The translations under genes were made by a program, and so were the position numbers. From the NCBI GenBank assembly GCA_041662745.1, contig JBAZRV010000002.1:180001-212000 (forward strand): a stretch of 32,000 nucleotides of DNA, in the 5' to 3' direction. The stretch's first letter is position 1. The number at the start of each line of letters is the position of its first letter. The notes under the pieces were generated by a model. That model saw only the letters and a program-made list of their open reading frames with translations. It did no database searches and had not been told where the DNA came from. This document shows, one piece after another, positions 1-8,124 of the stretch. The DNA is from Patescibacteria group bacterium. Lineage in GTDB: Bacteria > Patescibacteriota > Patescibacteriia > 2-01-FULL-39-33.

Positions 1-1
1 G

Positions 2-265
2 ATCGCTACTTTATTCTCCTACGAGGATGAGGTTGCGCCGGCTAGAATCTTGGCCGCTTTTGCCAAAGATCAGGATAAAATCCAGTTTGCCGGTGGTATT
101 TTTGAGGGCCAGTATATTGACGCCGTTAAGGTTAGGGAGCTGTCTCTGATTCCTTCCCGTCAGGTTTTATTGGGCAAGCTTGTCGGCTGTATCGCTAATC
201 CGCTGTCCGGCATCGCCCGCGTTTTGAACGCCATTAAGGAGAGCAAAGAAAAAGAAGCTGTTTAA
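2..265 (+). CDS. rplJ: 50S ribosomal protein L10, C-terminal part (5' end outside window)
   Basis: Frame 2 is open from base 2. The translation ...FAKDQDKIQFAGGIFEGQYIDAVKVRELSLIPSRQVLLGKLVG... matches the conserved L10 C-terminal region. It lies directly upstream of rplL, as in the canonical rplJL operon. TAA stop at 263-265. Confidence 0.88.
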   Translation: MATLFSYEDEVAPARILAAFAKDQDKIQFAGGIFEGQYIDAVKVRELSLIPSRQVLLGKLVGCIANPLSGIARVLNAIKESKEKEAV

Positions 266-293
266 TTGTCAATAATAAACTAATATAAATCAT

Positions 294-686
294 ATGTCTG
301 AAGAAAAAAACATCGTCGTTCCCGAGAAGTTCAAAACCCTCGTTGAACAGATTGAAAAGTTATCCGTTATTGACTTGGCCGAATTAGTCAAAGTTTTAGA
401 AGAGAAGTTCGGCGTTTCCGCTGCCGCTCCGGTCATGATGGCCGCCGCCGGTGCCGCTCCCGCCGCCGAGGAGAAAGACAGCTTTGATGTTGAATTGACC
501 GCCGCCGGCGTTCAGAAGATCAACGTTATCAAGGTTGTTCGCACTATCACCAGCTTGGGCTTGAAAGAGGCCAAGGACTTGGTTGACGGCGCTCCGAAGA
601 TGGTTAAGGAAGGCGCAAAAAAGGAAGAAGCCGAAAAGATTAAGAAAGAATTGGAAGAAGCCGGCGCTACCGTTACTTTGAAATAA
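294..686 (+). CDS. rplL: 50S ribosomal protein L7/L12
   Basis: 130 aa with the typical architecture: N-terminal dimerisation helix, Ala/Pro-rich hinge ([18 protein letters not shown]) and C-terminal domain ...[56 protein letters not shown]. Confidence 0.96.
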   Translation: MSEEKNIVVPEKFKTLVEQIEKLSVIDLAELVKVLEEKFGVSAAAPVMMAAAGAAPAAEEKDSFDVELTAAGVQKINVIKVVRTITSLGLKEAKDLVDGAPKMVKEGAKKEEAEKIKKELEEAGATVTLK

Positions 687-698
687 GAATCTCTTGTT

Positions 699-733
699 AA
701 AAAACACACTCAGTCAAATGAGTGTGTTTTTTG
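699..733. terminator. Bidirectional intrinsic terminator between rplL and the convergent 740-aa gene
   Basis: A 9-bp perfect stem, acacactca (704-712) / tgagtgtgt (719-727), with a 6-nt loop. It is flanked by an A-run (699-704) and a T-run (727-732). Confidence 0.8.
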
Positions 734-776
734 TTTGCGTATATTTTTTGTCGTTTTTGGCTCAGGAACATAGGAT

Positions 777-2999
777 TTAGAAGTCCCAATCAATCTGGTA
801 AATTTTGCCGTCAAACAACACCCAGAATTTTTTGTCTTTGGCTGAACCGACAAAGGAGGCGCCGGTCGTGATGAACGGTCCGGTATACTGGCGTTTTAAA
901 ATGTTTTTATCGTCTAAGATTACTAATCGTCCGACGGTCGCATCCAATAAATATTGCCAAGCGCCATCTTTGGCTGACTGGCTGATGGTGGAGGAGGCGA
1001 TGGGCGGCTCCAGGGTCAAGGATTTCAAATCCAGCTTAATATTAAAGTAATCTTTGCTTGGCTTGAATTTTACGGCTGACATGTTGGATAATGTCAGCTT
1101 GTAAATTGAATTATCGCCGTTAACGACAGCCAGGGTTTTATCATCAATCGCCGTCAGCTTCTTGGCGTTAGAAATAGTGGAAGTGGCCGTGGTCCATTGC
1201 CAGGTGGCGGAGTCCAAACGATAAAATTTGGCGTCGCTATTGTTGAATACCCAAAAGTATTTGCCGGTTTTGGCCAAGCCGGCAATATCAGCCGAAGAAT
1301 TGCTGAGTTTTAAATCAATTACCGGTTTTAAGTCGGTCAGATTGGTTTCTTTTCCTAAGGCGCGTCGGACGTCGTCAATTTTTTGTTTTAGGTCATTTAT
1401 CGTGGCTTGGTTTGACCGTTTGACGGGGATTGTTTTCAGCAGTTCTTCAGCTTGAGCCAGGGAGGCGTAGGCGCCTTTTTCGTCATTAAAGATATTTTGC
1501 GCCTCGGCGTTATCCACCAAGCCCTGTATTTGATTGCCGATTTTGCCGATCGGCGAAGTTTGAGGCGAGTTTAATTCCGAGGATCTGCCAATCCAGACTA
1601 CGCTTTGGCTGAAAATTAATAATAAGACCAGGGCGGCGATAAGCGATCCTTTTTGCCAGATATTCAAACTAAGGAAGTTTTTGATCAAGTCGTTGATTCG
1701 CCCGTTGATTTTTTGCGCCAACCAGCCCGAACTGAATCTTTCTTGCCAGTTAAGCAATGATTTGGGACGCGGTTGCTCTATCGCGTCTTGCGCCACTTCG
1801 CTTTGCATCGGTTCCGGCGCCGACATGAATTCGTCAGTCGTCAATTCTTCGTTCAGTATTTCTTCTTGGGTCGGCCGTTTTGATTCTATATTATTGATGA
1901 TGCGCTTGGCCTTGGCGGCGCGTCCGGCGATGATTTTATTGGCTAATAAGTTATAGCCGGCATGAAGCTTTCTTCCCAGCCAGACCAGGGTAACATTGAG
2001 CCCGCGTCCCAGCCAGACCAGGCTGATTTTAAGATACTTGAAAAGCAAAACGAAAAATTTCTGCCAGGCCGGCATCAGCGACGGCGTCAAGTATTGTTCG
2101 GTTCGCACCTGGGTGATAAGCAGGCGATCCAGCGATGATTGGGTTTTGCCTTCCGCCGGAGATGTTTGTCCCGGTCCGGCCGGCCGGGGGTTGTCAACCC
2201 GCATTCTGTCAAACTGATAAGGCTGTTTTGCCGGAGTTGTGGCCGCAGTTTCGGTTGCCGTTGCTCCCGCTTCGGTTGTGACGGCGCTAACGGGCGAGAT
2301 CGGTTGGAAGTCGGCGGATTTAAGCAGAACCGAGTAGTAATTGGATTTTAACGGTTGGGAATGAAGAGTCGCCTCTAATTTCTTTAGGCCTTCCTCGGCC
2401 GGCGCCAAAGCCAGCATTTCACCCAGGTCGTTTTGCGACAGGAGCGACAGGAATTCATTGTTGCACACCATGAGCGTATCGCGTTCCGTGATTTCACCGG
2501 AGATGATATTGGAGAAAACCTTTTCCGGTTCCGGTTTGGGCCGTTCTTCGCCCGTGTCCAAGATGTTTATAATCAATAAACCGCCGTTTTTCTTTTGGCG
2601 GAAAAATAGCGCTTGGGAACGGCCGGTATGGCTAAGGAAAATCTTATTGCCCAGGGACAAGCCCATGACAAGCCGCAAATTCCTCAAATCAATCGGGTAG
2701 ATTGATTCGCTCACGGCCGTACTGATGCGGCGGTTGGCCCTGGTTAAGGCCTCTTCAAAGCGCCGTTCCGGTTTTTTATCGTCAAAAGGGGGCAGGTAAT
2801 ATTCGGTTTTAAGGTCGCCGATGGCGTCCAGCACCCGGTCAATGAAAATATCGTTTAAATTGTAAATTTCCACAATACCAAAAATCACGCCCAGCCGGTT
2901 AATCAGGGTTTTCTCCGGCTTGACAACAAAAGCGCTGCCGATGATGTTAGCATCGGCTTCCATAGCCAATCGGGCCGTTGTTAGGTTTTTTCCTTCCAT
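777..2999 (-). CDS. Hypothetical large membrane protein (740 aa); possible degenerate PP2C-like N-terminal domain, Pro/Thr/Ala-rich linker, TM helices, extracytoplasmic C-terminal domain
   Basis: Long uninterrupted ORF. Hydrophobic segments include FFVLLFKYLKISLVWLG and SLIAALVLLLIFSQSVVWIG. The N-terminal pattern ...GLSLGNKIFLSHTGRSQALFF...ITERDTLMVCNNEFLSLL... resembles the PP2C/SpoIIE fold, but I did not see the metal-binding Asp motifs. No function assigned. Confidence 0.6.
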   Translation of the reverse strand: MEGKNLTTARLAMEADANIIGSAFVVKPEKTLINRLGVIFGIVEIYNLNDIFIDRVLDAIGDLKTEYYLPPFDDKKPERRFEEALTRANRRISTAVSESIYPIDLRNLRLVMGLSLGNKIFLSHTGRSQALFFRQKKNGGLLIINILDTGEERPKPEPEKVFSNIISGEITERDTLMVCNNEFLSLLSQNDLGEMLALAPAEEGLKKLEATLHSQPLKSNYYSVLLKSADFQPISPVSAVTTEAGATATETAATTPAKQPYQFDRMRVDNPRPAGPGQTSPAEGKTQSSLDRLLITQVRTEQYLTPSLMPAWQKFFVLLFKYLKISLVWLGRGLNVTLVWLGRKLHAGYNLLANKIIAGRAAKAKRIINNIESKRPTQEEILNEELTTDEFMSAPEPMQSEVAQDAIEQPRPKSLLNWQERFSSGWLAQKINGRINDLIKNFLSLNIWQKGSLIAALVLLLIFSQSVVWIGRSSELNSPQTSPIGKIGNQIQGLVDNAEAQNIFNDEKGAYASLAQAEELLKTIPVKRSNQATINDLKQKIDDVRRALGKETNLTDLKPVIDLKLSNSSADIAGLAKTGKYFWVFNNSDAKFYRLDSATWQWTTATSTISNAKKLTAIDDKTLAVVNGDNSIYKLTLSNMSAVKFKPSKDYFNIKLDLKSLTLEPPIASSTISQSAKDGAWQYLLDATVGRLVILDDKNILKRQYTGPFITTGASFVGSAKDKKFWVLFDGKIYQIDWDF

Positions 3000-3036
3000 T
3001 TAGGCGAGAAAATTCAGAATTTTCTTAATTTTAGCC

Positions 3037-3065
3037 CTTTACATTATGATAGTAATATTATACAA
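3037..3065 (+). promoter_or_regulatory. Sigma70-like promoter for the wHTH regulator gene
   Basis: TTTACA (3037-3042), 17-nt spacer, TACAAT (3060-3065), about 38 nt upstream of the ATG at 3103. Confidence 0.4.
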
Positions 3066-3102
3066 TATATGTATCTTAATATCAAGCTATGAGACCAGTT
3101 TT

Positions 3103-3696
3103 ATGTTAGAAAAACTATTCGGTTCCAAAACCAGGGTCCTCCTGCTCAAGCTTTTCCTGAATAATCCCAACCAACCGTATTTTGTCCGCGAGTTGGCGCG
3201 TAATTTGGATTCCCATCTTAATGCTATTCGGCGCGAGTTGGAGAACTTGCAGGATTTGCAGATTATTAATTGTTTTGATAAGGCGGAGAAGGTGGAAGGT
3301 CAGGCCAATGACAATCGCAAATATTACCAGCTCAATCCGGATTTTCCGTTTATTGAAGAATTGCGTTCCGTGCTGGTCAAATCGCACTTATTGATGGAGC
3401 GGGCGTTAATAGGCAAAGTGGAGAAATTGGGAAACATAGATTTATTCTTATTATCCGGATTGTTTGTCGGCCGTGATGACGCTCCGGCCGATATGCTGAT
3501 TGTCGGCGGCGCCAACCGCGCCAAGCTGGCTCGGCTGGTGGCGGCGTTTGAGCGCGAAGTTGGCCGTACCATTAATTACACCGTATTGAGCAAAAGCGAT
3601 TATGCTTATCGGCGCGCTTTAGCTGATCGTTTTCTGTTTGATTTACTGGAAAACAAAAACATCATTCTAATTGACCATTTTCATAAGGGGGAATAG
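3103..3696 (+). CDS. Winged-helix (ArsR-like) transcriptional regulator with a C-terminal uncharacterised domain
   Basis: MLEKLFGSKTRVLLLKLFLNNPNQPYFVRELARNLDSHLNAIRRELENLQDLQII is a typical wHTH pattern. I prefer the ATG at 3103 over the track start at 3046, because the first 19 codons are AT-rich promoter sequence. Confidence 0.6.
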   Translation: MLEKLFGSKTRVLLLKLFLNNPNQPYFVRELARNLDSHLNAIRRELENLQDLQIINCFDKAEKVEGQANDNRKYYQLNPDFPFIEELRSVLVKSHLLMERALIGKVEKLGNIDLFLLSGLFVGRDDAPADMLIVGGANRAKLARLVAAFEREVGRTINYTVLSKSDYAYRRALADRFLFDLLENKNIILIDHFHKGE

Positions 3697-3744
3697 GGCG
3701 AAAATGGCAGAGTCCAGTTGAAATGCCAATTATAAATAATTTTT

Positions 3745-5145
3745 ATGCTTAGAAAATTATTTTTCATTTTGCCAACCGCTTTTTTGATTTTCCTGGCTTT
3801 TTCGGTTTTGCCGGTGGCGGCCGCGGCCGCTGATCCGGTTAAGCCCGAGGTCAGGATTTTTAATTGGCGCGGAACCTTGCAGAAAAGCTTTACGGTATTT
3901 GGCGACGGTTACGCCAGCAGCATTGATTTGGCGGCGGCCAAAGGCGGCAAGGAAGAGCCGATTATCATCGTGTCAGCCGGCGGCGGCAATCAGCCGTTAG
4001 TGGAGGAATACGGGGTTGACGGCATCAAGCGCTATGAGTTTTTGGCTTATGCCGAAACATTCCGCGGCGGAGTCTATGTGTCGGCCGCGGACTTGGATGC
4101 CGACGGCCAAATAGAAGTCGTTACCGGCGCCGGCTATACCGGCGGTCCCCATGTCCGGGTGTGGCGAGGCGATCAGCCGCTGTATTCTTTTTTCCCTTTT
4201 GACAGCAAAGATCGCAAGGGTGTCAAAGTGCTGGCGGCCGATTTGGGGCATGACAACCAATCGGAAATATTGGCTTTCAGCAATTATAATTCTCCGGCTG
4301 AGTTGCTGTTTTTGGGCAATGACGGCCATCAGATCAAAAGTTTCAAACCCGATTGGCTGACTGATTATTTTTCCGGACTTAACGCCGTGGTGGGCGATTT
4401 TAACGGCGACGGCGTTAAAGAGATTGCCGTAGCCGGCGGTTCGGGCAACCCGGCCGAGGTGTATATTCTGGGCCAGGATAATAAAATAATTTCCACTATC
4501 ACTATCGGCGACGCCAATTACCATGGCGGGTTTAATTTGGCGGCCGGCGATGTTAACGGCGACGGCCGAGACGAATTGGTTGTGGGATTAAGTTTTAGCG
4601 GCAGCGATTGGGTGAGTGTTTATGATTCTTCCGGCAAGCGTCTGAGTGATTTTATGGCTTACGGCTGGGACGGGTTTGATCGGGGAGTGAAAGTGGCCAT
4701 GACCGACACCAACAACGACGGCTTGGCGGAAATTATCACTGTGCCGGAACGCATTGGTGAACTCAAGAGCCGTTCTTACAAATTCATTACTGTCAATTTG
4801 GCTGATCAGTTGTTGACTTATTGGCAGGACGGCAAATGGCTGGGCGATTTTCTGGTGTCTACGGGCAAAGCCAGCACGCCGACTCCGACGGGGGAGTATA
4901 ACATCTATTTGAAGCGCCCCAAAGTTACTATGAGCTGGTATTATGGGCCGGCTAATCCCTGGAATTACTTCTTGCCCAACGTGCCTTGGGTTGCGTCGTT
5001 TAAGGGGCCTTATACCATTCACGGCACCTATTGGCATAATAATTTCGGCCATCCCATGAGCCATGGCTGTGTCAATATGAAAACGCCCGAAGCCAAGATT
5101 ATTTATGATTGGGTGGACATCGGCACACCGGTGATTATTTATTAG
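3745..5145 (+). CDS. Secreted FG-GAP/VCBS-repeat protein fused to a C-terminal L,D-transpeptidase (YkuD) domain
   Basis: N-terminal signal peptide (LIFLAFSVLPVAAAAA). Repeated Ca-binding-like motifs DLDADGQIEVV, GDFNGDGVKEIAV, GDVNGDGRDELVV and TDTNNDGLAEII. C-terminal YkuD catalytic signature HGTYWHNNFGHPMSHGCVNM. Confidence 0.82.
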   Translation: MLRKLFFILPTAFLIFLAFSVLPVAAAAADPVKPEVRIFNWRGTLQKSFTVFGDGYASSIDLAAAKGGKEEPIIIVSAGGGNQPLVEEYGVDGIKRYEFLAYAETFRGGVYVSAADLDADGQIEVVTGAGYTGGPHVRVWRGDQPLYSFFPFDSKDRKGVKVLAADLGHDNQSEILAFSNYNSPAELLFLGNDGHQIKSFKPDWLTDYFSGLNAVVGDFNGDGVKEIAVAGGSGNPAEVYILGQDNKIISTITIGDANYHGGFNLAAGDVNGDGRDELVVGLSFSGSDWVSVYDSSGKRLSDFMAYGWDGFDRGVKVAMTDTNNDGLAEIITVPERIGELKSRSYKFITVNLADQLLTYWQDGKWLGDFLVSTGKASTPTPTGEYNIYLKRPKVTMSWYYGPANPWNYFLPNVPWVASFKGPYTIHGTYWHNNFGHPMSHGCVNMKTPEAKIIYDWVDIGTPVIIY

Positions 5146-5174
5146 GCGAAGAATAATAGTTCGTAAAATAGCTA

Positions 5175-5483
5175 ATGTTTGCTTATTATATGTTTAAAGA
5201 AAACTCGCAACAATTTGAACGACCCGCGTCTCCCGAGACAGAAAATATCATATCTTTTGAAGAATTGTATGATTTTATAGAAGCTCAAGGAGAAATTCAC
5301 GGTTCTATAAAATCCTACGACGCGCCTATGCTTAGAAAAATCATTGAAAGAGTTAGACATGGCCACAGACCCATTGAATTTGTTACCAATACCATGGGCA
5401 TTAGAGACACTGTGCAAAGATTACTGCCTGATGATCCCGTGTATTTAAAATATACGAAAGGAAGTAAAGCTAAAAAAAATTAA
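5175..5483 (+). CDS. Hypothetical small protein (102 aa)
   Basis: ORF only. It is lower in GC than its neighbours and I recognise no motif. Confidence 0.4.
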   Translation: MFAYYMFKENSQQFERPASPETENIISFEELYDFIEAQGEIHGSIKSYDAPMLRKIIERVRHGHRPIEFVTNTMGIRDTVQRLLPDDPVYLKYTKGSKAKKN

Positions 5484-5864
5484 TTAAATCTTATAATACT
5501 GAATATGCGGTTTGGAGCACCCCACCTGAATTTGTCTCACAAAACCTTAGATTTGATAAGGTGTTTGGCAGAGTTTTTACAGAACGGGCTGCGGCTTCGC
5601 CTCGTTCTGCTTGCCGCTACCTGCCTGCCGGCAGACGTGATATCGCAGAGATCGGTATATACATAATGTCGCTAACCCCTTGCGGGCTTATCGCCACTCC
5701 GCATATACCGCAGCCTTGTCAGGAATAAAATTAATTTTTATAAAATAGGAATTGGTTCAATGTAATTTATTGATAAAATTTTTGAGTATCGTGAAAAATT
5801 TCGGAAACTGAGATATGACGCATTTGTCGCAGATCTGCAAAGCGTTAAGACAAACATAATAATT

Positions 5865-6587
5865 ATGTCTATTGATAAAATAAAATTAGGCGATAATGAG
5901 TATCTGGTGGTGGATTTAACCCAACCGCTGCCCTTAAACGCCGAGGTTTATCCCGGCGATCCAAAACCGGAGCGGAGACTGTTTAGCGATATAGACAAAA
6001 CCGGGTGGCATCATTATATTCATGTTATCGGGGATCATGTTTTCCAGCCGCATGTTGACGGGCCGAATCACCAAAATCCTCAACTGAAAAGCCAGGGAGT
6101 GGAAACTTTTGGTATTGATTTTTGTTTTAATGATGCGTTTTTAATGGATTTATCCACTTCATCGGAAAGCCAAACCGTCAGAAGCATAAATTATCTGTTA
6201 GAAGTAAAGAAAAAACACCTTAAACCTTTTGTAGAATTATTTTCGCAAAAAAGCGCTGTTTTAATAAGAACTGGCTATGATAAGTGGCTGGAAGCGAATA
6301 ACCCTCACCAGCCGGAAAATCTGCCTTATTTAAGTAAGGAAGCTGCCGAATTCATTGCCTCTTTTCCCAACATCAAAGTCGTAGGAATAGATTCGTTATC
6401 TGTAGACCCTGCCAAAAGTCATGTGGCCCACCAAGAATTAAAACGCGTAATGATCGTTGAATCGTTGGTTCATCTTAATGAAATCCCTCAAGAACATAGA
6501 TTGAATTTCAGCTTGCAAACCTCGCCCATTAAAATAATCGGCGCGACAGGCGGTCCCGTTGTGGTTTATGCTTTTATTAAAAGTTAA
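5865..6587 (+). CDS. Putative cyclase-family protein (kynurenine formamidase-like fold)
   Basis: N-terminal VVDLTQPL...YPGDP and a PHVDGPNH segment resemble the HxGTHxDxPxH metal-binding motif of the putative cyclase family (T replaced by P). Confidence 0.5.
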   Translation: MSIDKIKLGDNEYLVVDLTQPLPLNAEVYPGDPKPERRLFSDIDKTGWHHYIHVIGDHVFQPHVDGPNHQNPQLKSQGVETFGIDFCFNDAFLMDLSTSSESQTVRSINYLLEVKKKHLKPFVELFSQKSAVLIRTGYDKWLEANNPHQPENLPYLSKEAAEFIASFPNIKVVGIDSLSVDPAKSHVAHQELKRVMIVESLVHLNEIPQEHRLNFSLQTSPIKIIGATGGPVVVYAFIKS

Positions 6588-6602
6588 AATTACTAGAACC
6601 AT

Positions 6603-6989
6603 ATGTCGTTAGAAAAAAGCAAACTAATTAACCAGTTGATTTATTGGGCGCCCAGGGTTTTGGGGCTGGTGTTTGTCGGTTTTCTGGCCCTGTTTTCTCT
6701 TGACGTTTTTTCCCTGGGTTTGGGTTTTTGGCAAACGGCGCTCGGCCTGCTAATGCATAACATTCCCGCCTTGATCCTTTTGGCGATCATTATCGTTTCT
6801 TGGAAATACGAGATAGTCGGCGGGATTGTTTTTGTTTTGTTCGGGCTGGCGTATATTGCCATGGTGCTCAACAATCCTTTTGAGTGGTATATGCTGGCCT
6901 GGCTGGCAGAGATTTCCGGAGTGGCGTTTTTGGTGGGGATCCTGTTTCTGATTAATTGGCGCCGAAGAAAGAAACAAGATCATTCATAA
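6603..6989 (+). CDS. Hypothetical integral membrane protein (about 4 TM helices)
   Basis: 128 aa, almost entirely hydrophobic helices, with a basic C-terminal tail RRRKKQD. Confidence 0.55.
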   Translation: MSLEKSKLINQLIYWAPRVLGLVFVGFLALFSLDVFSLGLGFWQTALGLLMHNIPALILLAIIIVSWKYEIVGGIVFVLFGLAYIAMVLNNPFEWYMLAWLAEISGVAFLVGILFLINWRRRKKQDHS

Positions 6990-7000
6990 TAAAATCAATT

Positions 7001-7414
7001 ATGTTGCTTATTATCAATACAACTCCGGCCGATCATTTTGAATTATTATTGGCGCGCAACCGCGATGACTTCAAGCGCAAAAAAGTGACGGGCAAATTCC
7101 ATCATTCGGAAAAATTGGTGCCGGCTATCGCTTCATATTTAACGGCCAACAAGCTTGCCTGGGATAAATTGCGGGGCATCGGCGTAGTCGTCGGGCCCGG
7201 CGGGTTTACGTCGGTGCGCATCGGCGTGGCCGTGGCCAACGCTTTGGCCTTCGGTCGCAATCTGCCCATTGCCGGCATTAAGGCTGACGAGTTTGCTTCG
7301 GCGGGGGAGCTGGTGGCTAAGATACAGGAACGGCTTAAGGGGGTTAAACCGTCGCAAATCGTGTTGCCGTATTATGATCGCGAGCCCAATATAACCAAGG
7401 CGAAGATAAAATAA
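7001..7414 (+). CDS. tsaB: Short TsaB/YeaZ-like protein (t6A biosynthesis partner), N-terminal domain only
   Basis: MLLIINTT...GIGVVVGPGGFTSVRIGVAVANALAFGRNLPIAGI matches the conserved GPGSFTGxRIG core of TsaB. I chose the ATG at 7001 to avoid overlap with the upstream gene. It is only 137 aa. Confidence 0.6.
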   Translation: MLLIINTTPADHFELLLARNRDDFKRKKVTGKFHHSEKLVPAIASYLTANKLAWDKLRGIGVVVGPGGFTSVRIGVAVANALAFGRNLPIAGIKADEFASAGELVAKIQERLKGVKPSQIVLPYYDREPNITKAKIK

Positions 7415-7423
7415 TCAGCCGAT

Positions 7424-7473
7424 TGTGGATAAGTTTTTCGGTTGATTTTCATTAAGCAAAAAAGTTATCCACC
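7424..7473. promoter_or_regulatory. Inverted pair of DnaA-box-like 9-mers
   Basis: TGTGGATAA (7424-7432) is the perfect reverse complement of TTATCCACA. TTATCCACC (7465-7473) has one mismatch. The two are in convergent orientation, 32 nt apart. Confidence 0.3.
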
Positions 7474-7501
7474 GTTTGAAAAATATTAAAAAATCTTAGT
7501 T

Positions 7502-7529
7502 AAAAATAGCCAAAATTGGCTATTTTTTT
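7502..7529 (+). terminator. Intrinsic terminator after the tsaB-like gene
   Basis: A 10-bp stem, aaaaatagcc (7502-7511) / ggctattttt (7518-7527), with loop aaaatt and a T-run at 7523-7529. Confidence 0.7.
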
Positions 7530-7554
7530 ATTATATAAAAATGTTGAATTATGG

Positions 7555-7612
7555 TTGCTTGGTGGTGCTAAGTGGTGTATAATTATATCAGAGTGGTGAA
7601 ATGTGGTGAAAT
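7555..7612 (+). promoter_or_regulatory. dcw/mraZ promoter overlapped by four 10-bp-phased GTGGTG repeats (putative MraZ operator)
   Basis: TTGCTT (7555-7560), 17 nt, TATAAT (7578-7583). GTGGTG occurs at 7562, 7572, 7593 and 7603. The last two form an exact tandem, gtggtgaaat x2 (7593-7612). Confidence 0.6.
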
Positions 7613-7652
7613 ATAAGCCGCAAAAGCCACAACCTTGAGAGAATCCTTATTT

Positions 7653-8081
7653 ATGTTTATCGGCCAATACAATCATAACTTGGATGATAAGGGGCGCGTT
7701 GCCGTGCCCGCGAAGTTTCGTCCCGAACTCAAGAAAGCCGTGGTAACCAAGGGCTTGGACAGCTGTTTATTCTTGTATCCGCAGAAGGAATGGCAGAAGA
7801 TGGCCGAAGGCATTGCTGATTTGCCCATAGATAAATCCGGCAACCGCGCTTTTTCCCGTTCCATGCTGGCCGGCGCGGTGGAAGTGGAGTTTGATAAGCA
7901 GGGCAGGATAATTTTGCCTGACTATCTGCGCCGTTTTGCCGGCTTGAGCAAGAATGTCGTTATCGCCGGTTTGTATAACCGTTTGGAAATCTGGGATGAA
8001 GCCAAGTGGAACGGTTACCAGGCCGAAACGGAAAAGAATTACAACGAAATCGCCGAGGCCTTGCACGATCTTAAGCCATAA
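7653..8081 (+). CDS. mraZ: Transcriptional regulator MraZ
   Basis: MFIGQYNHNLDDKGRVAVPAKFR and a second ...DKQGRIILPDYLR half show the duplicated SpoVT/AbrB-like MraZ signature. It is the first gene of the dcw cluster. I prefer the ATG at 7653. Confidence 0.92.
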   Translation: MFIGQYNHNLDDKGRVAVPAKFRPELKKAVVTKGLDSCLFLYPQKEWQKMAEGIADLPIDKSGNRAFSRSMLAGAVEVEFDKQGRIILPDYLRRFAGLSKNVVIAGLYNRLEIWDEAKWNGYQAETEKNYNEIAEALHDLKP

Positions 8082-8124
8082 TTTATTTTCAACTTTGACT
8101 TTATAGACTTTAAAAGTAACAGCC

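Noticed and set aside
396-709. Minus-strand ORFs of 103 aa and 65 aa overlapping rplL
   Set aside because: They are antisense to a confidently identified ribosomal protein gene. They are low-complexity translations with no start context.
3997-5064. Minus-strand ORFs (175 aa and 158 aa) inside the FG-GAP/L,D-transpeptidase gene
   Set aside because: They are antisense shadows of a GC-rich coding region. The plus-strand product has clear domain motifs and these have none.
5578-5592. acagaacgggctgcgg resembles the ACAGAAxCCGGCUUA segment near the 3' end of bacterial RNase P RNA
   Set aside because: The universally conserved GAGGAAAGUCC element is not present on either strand nearby, and the region is too short for an RNase P RNA. 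I treat it as chance.
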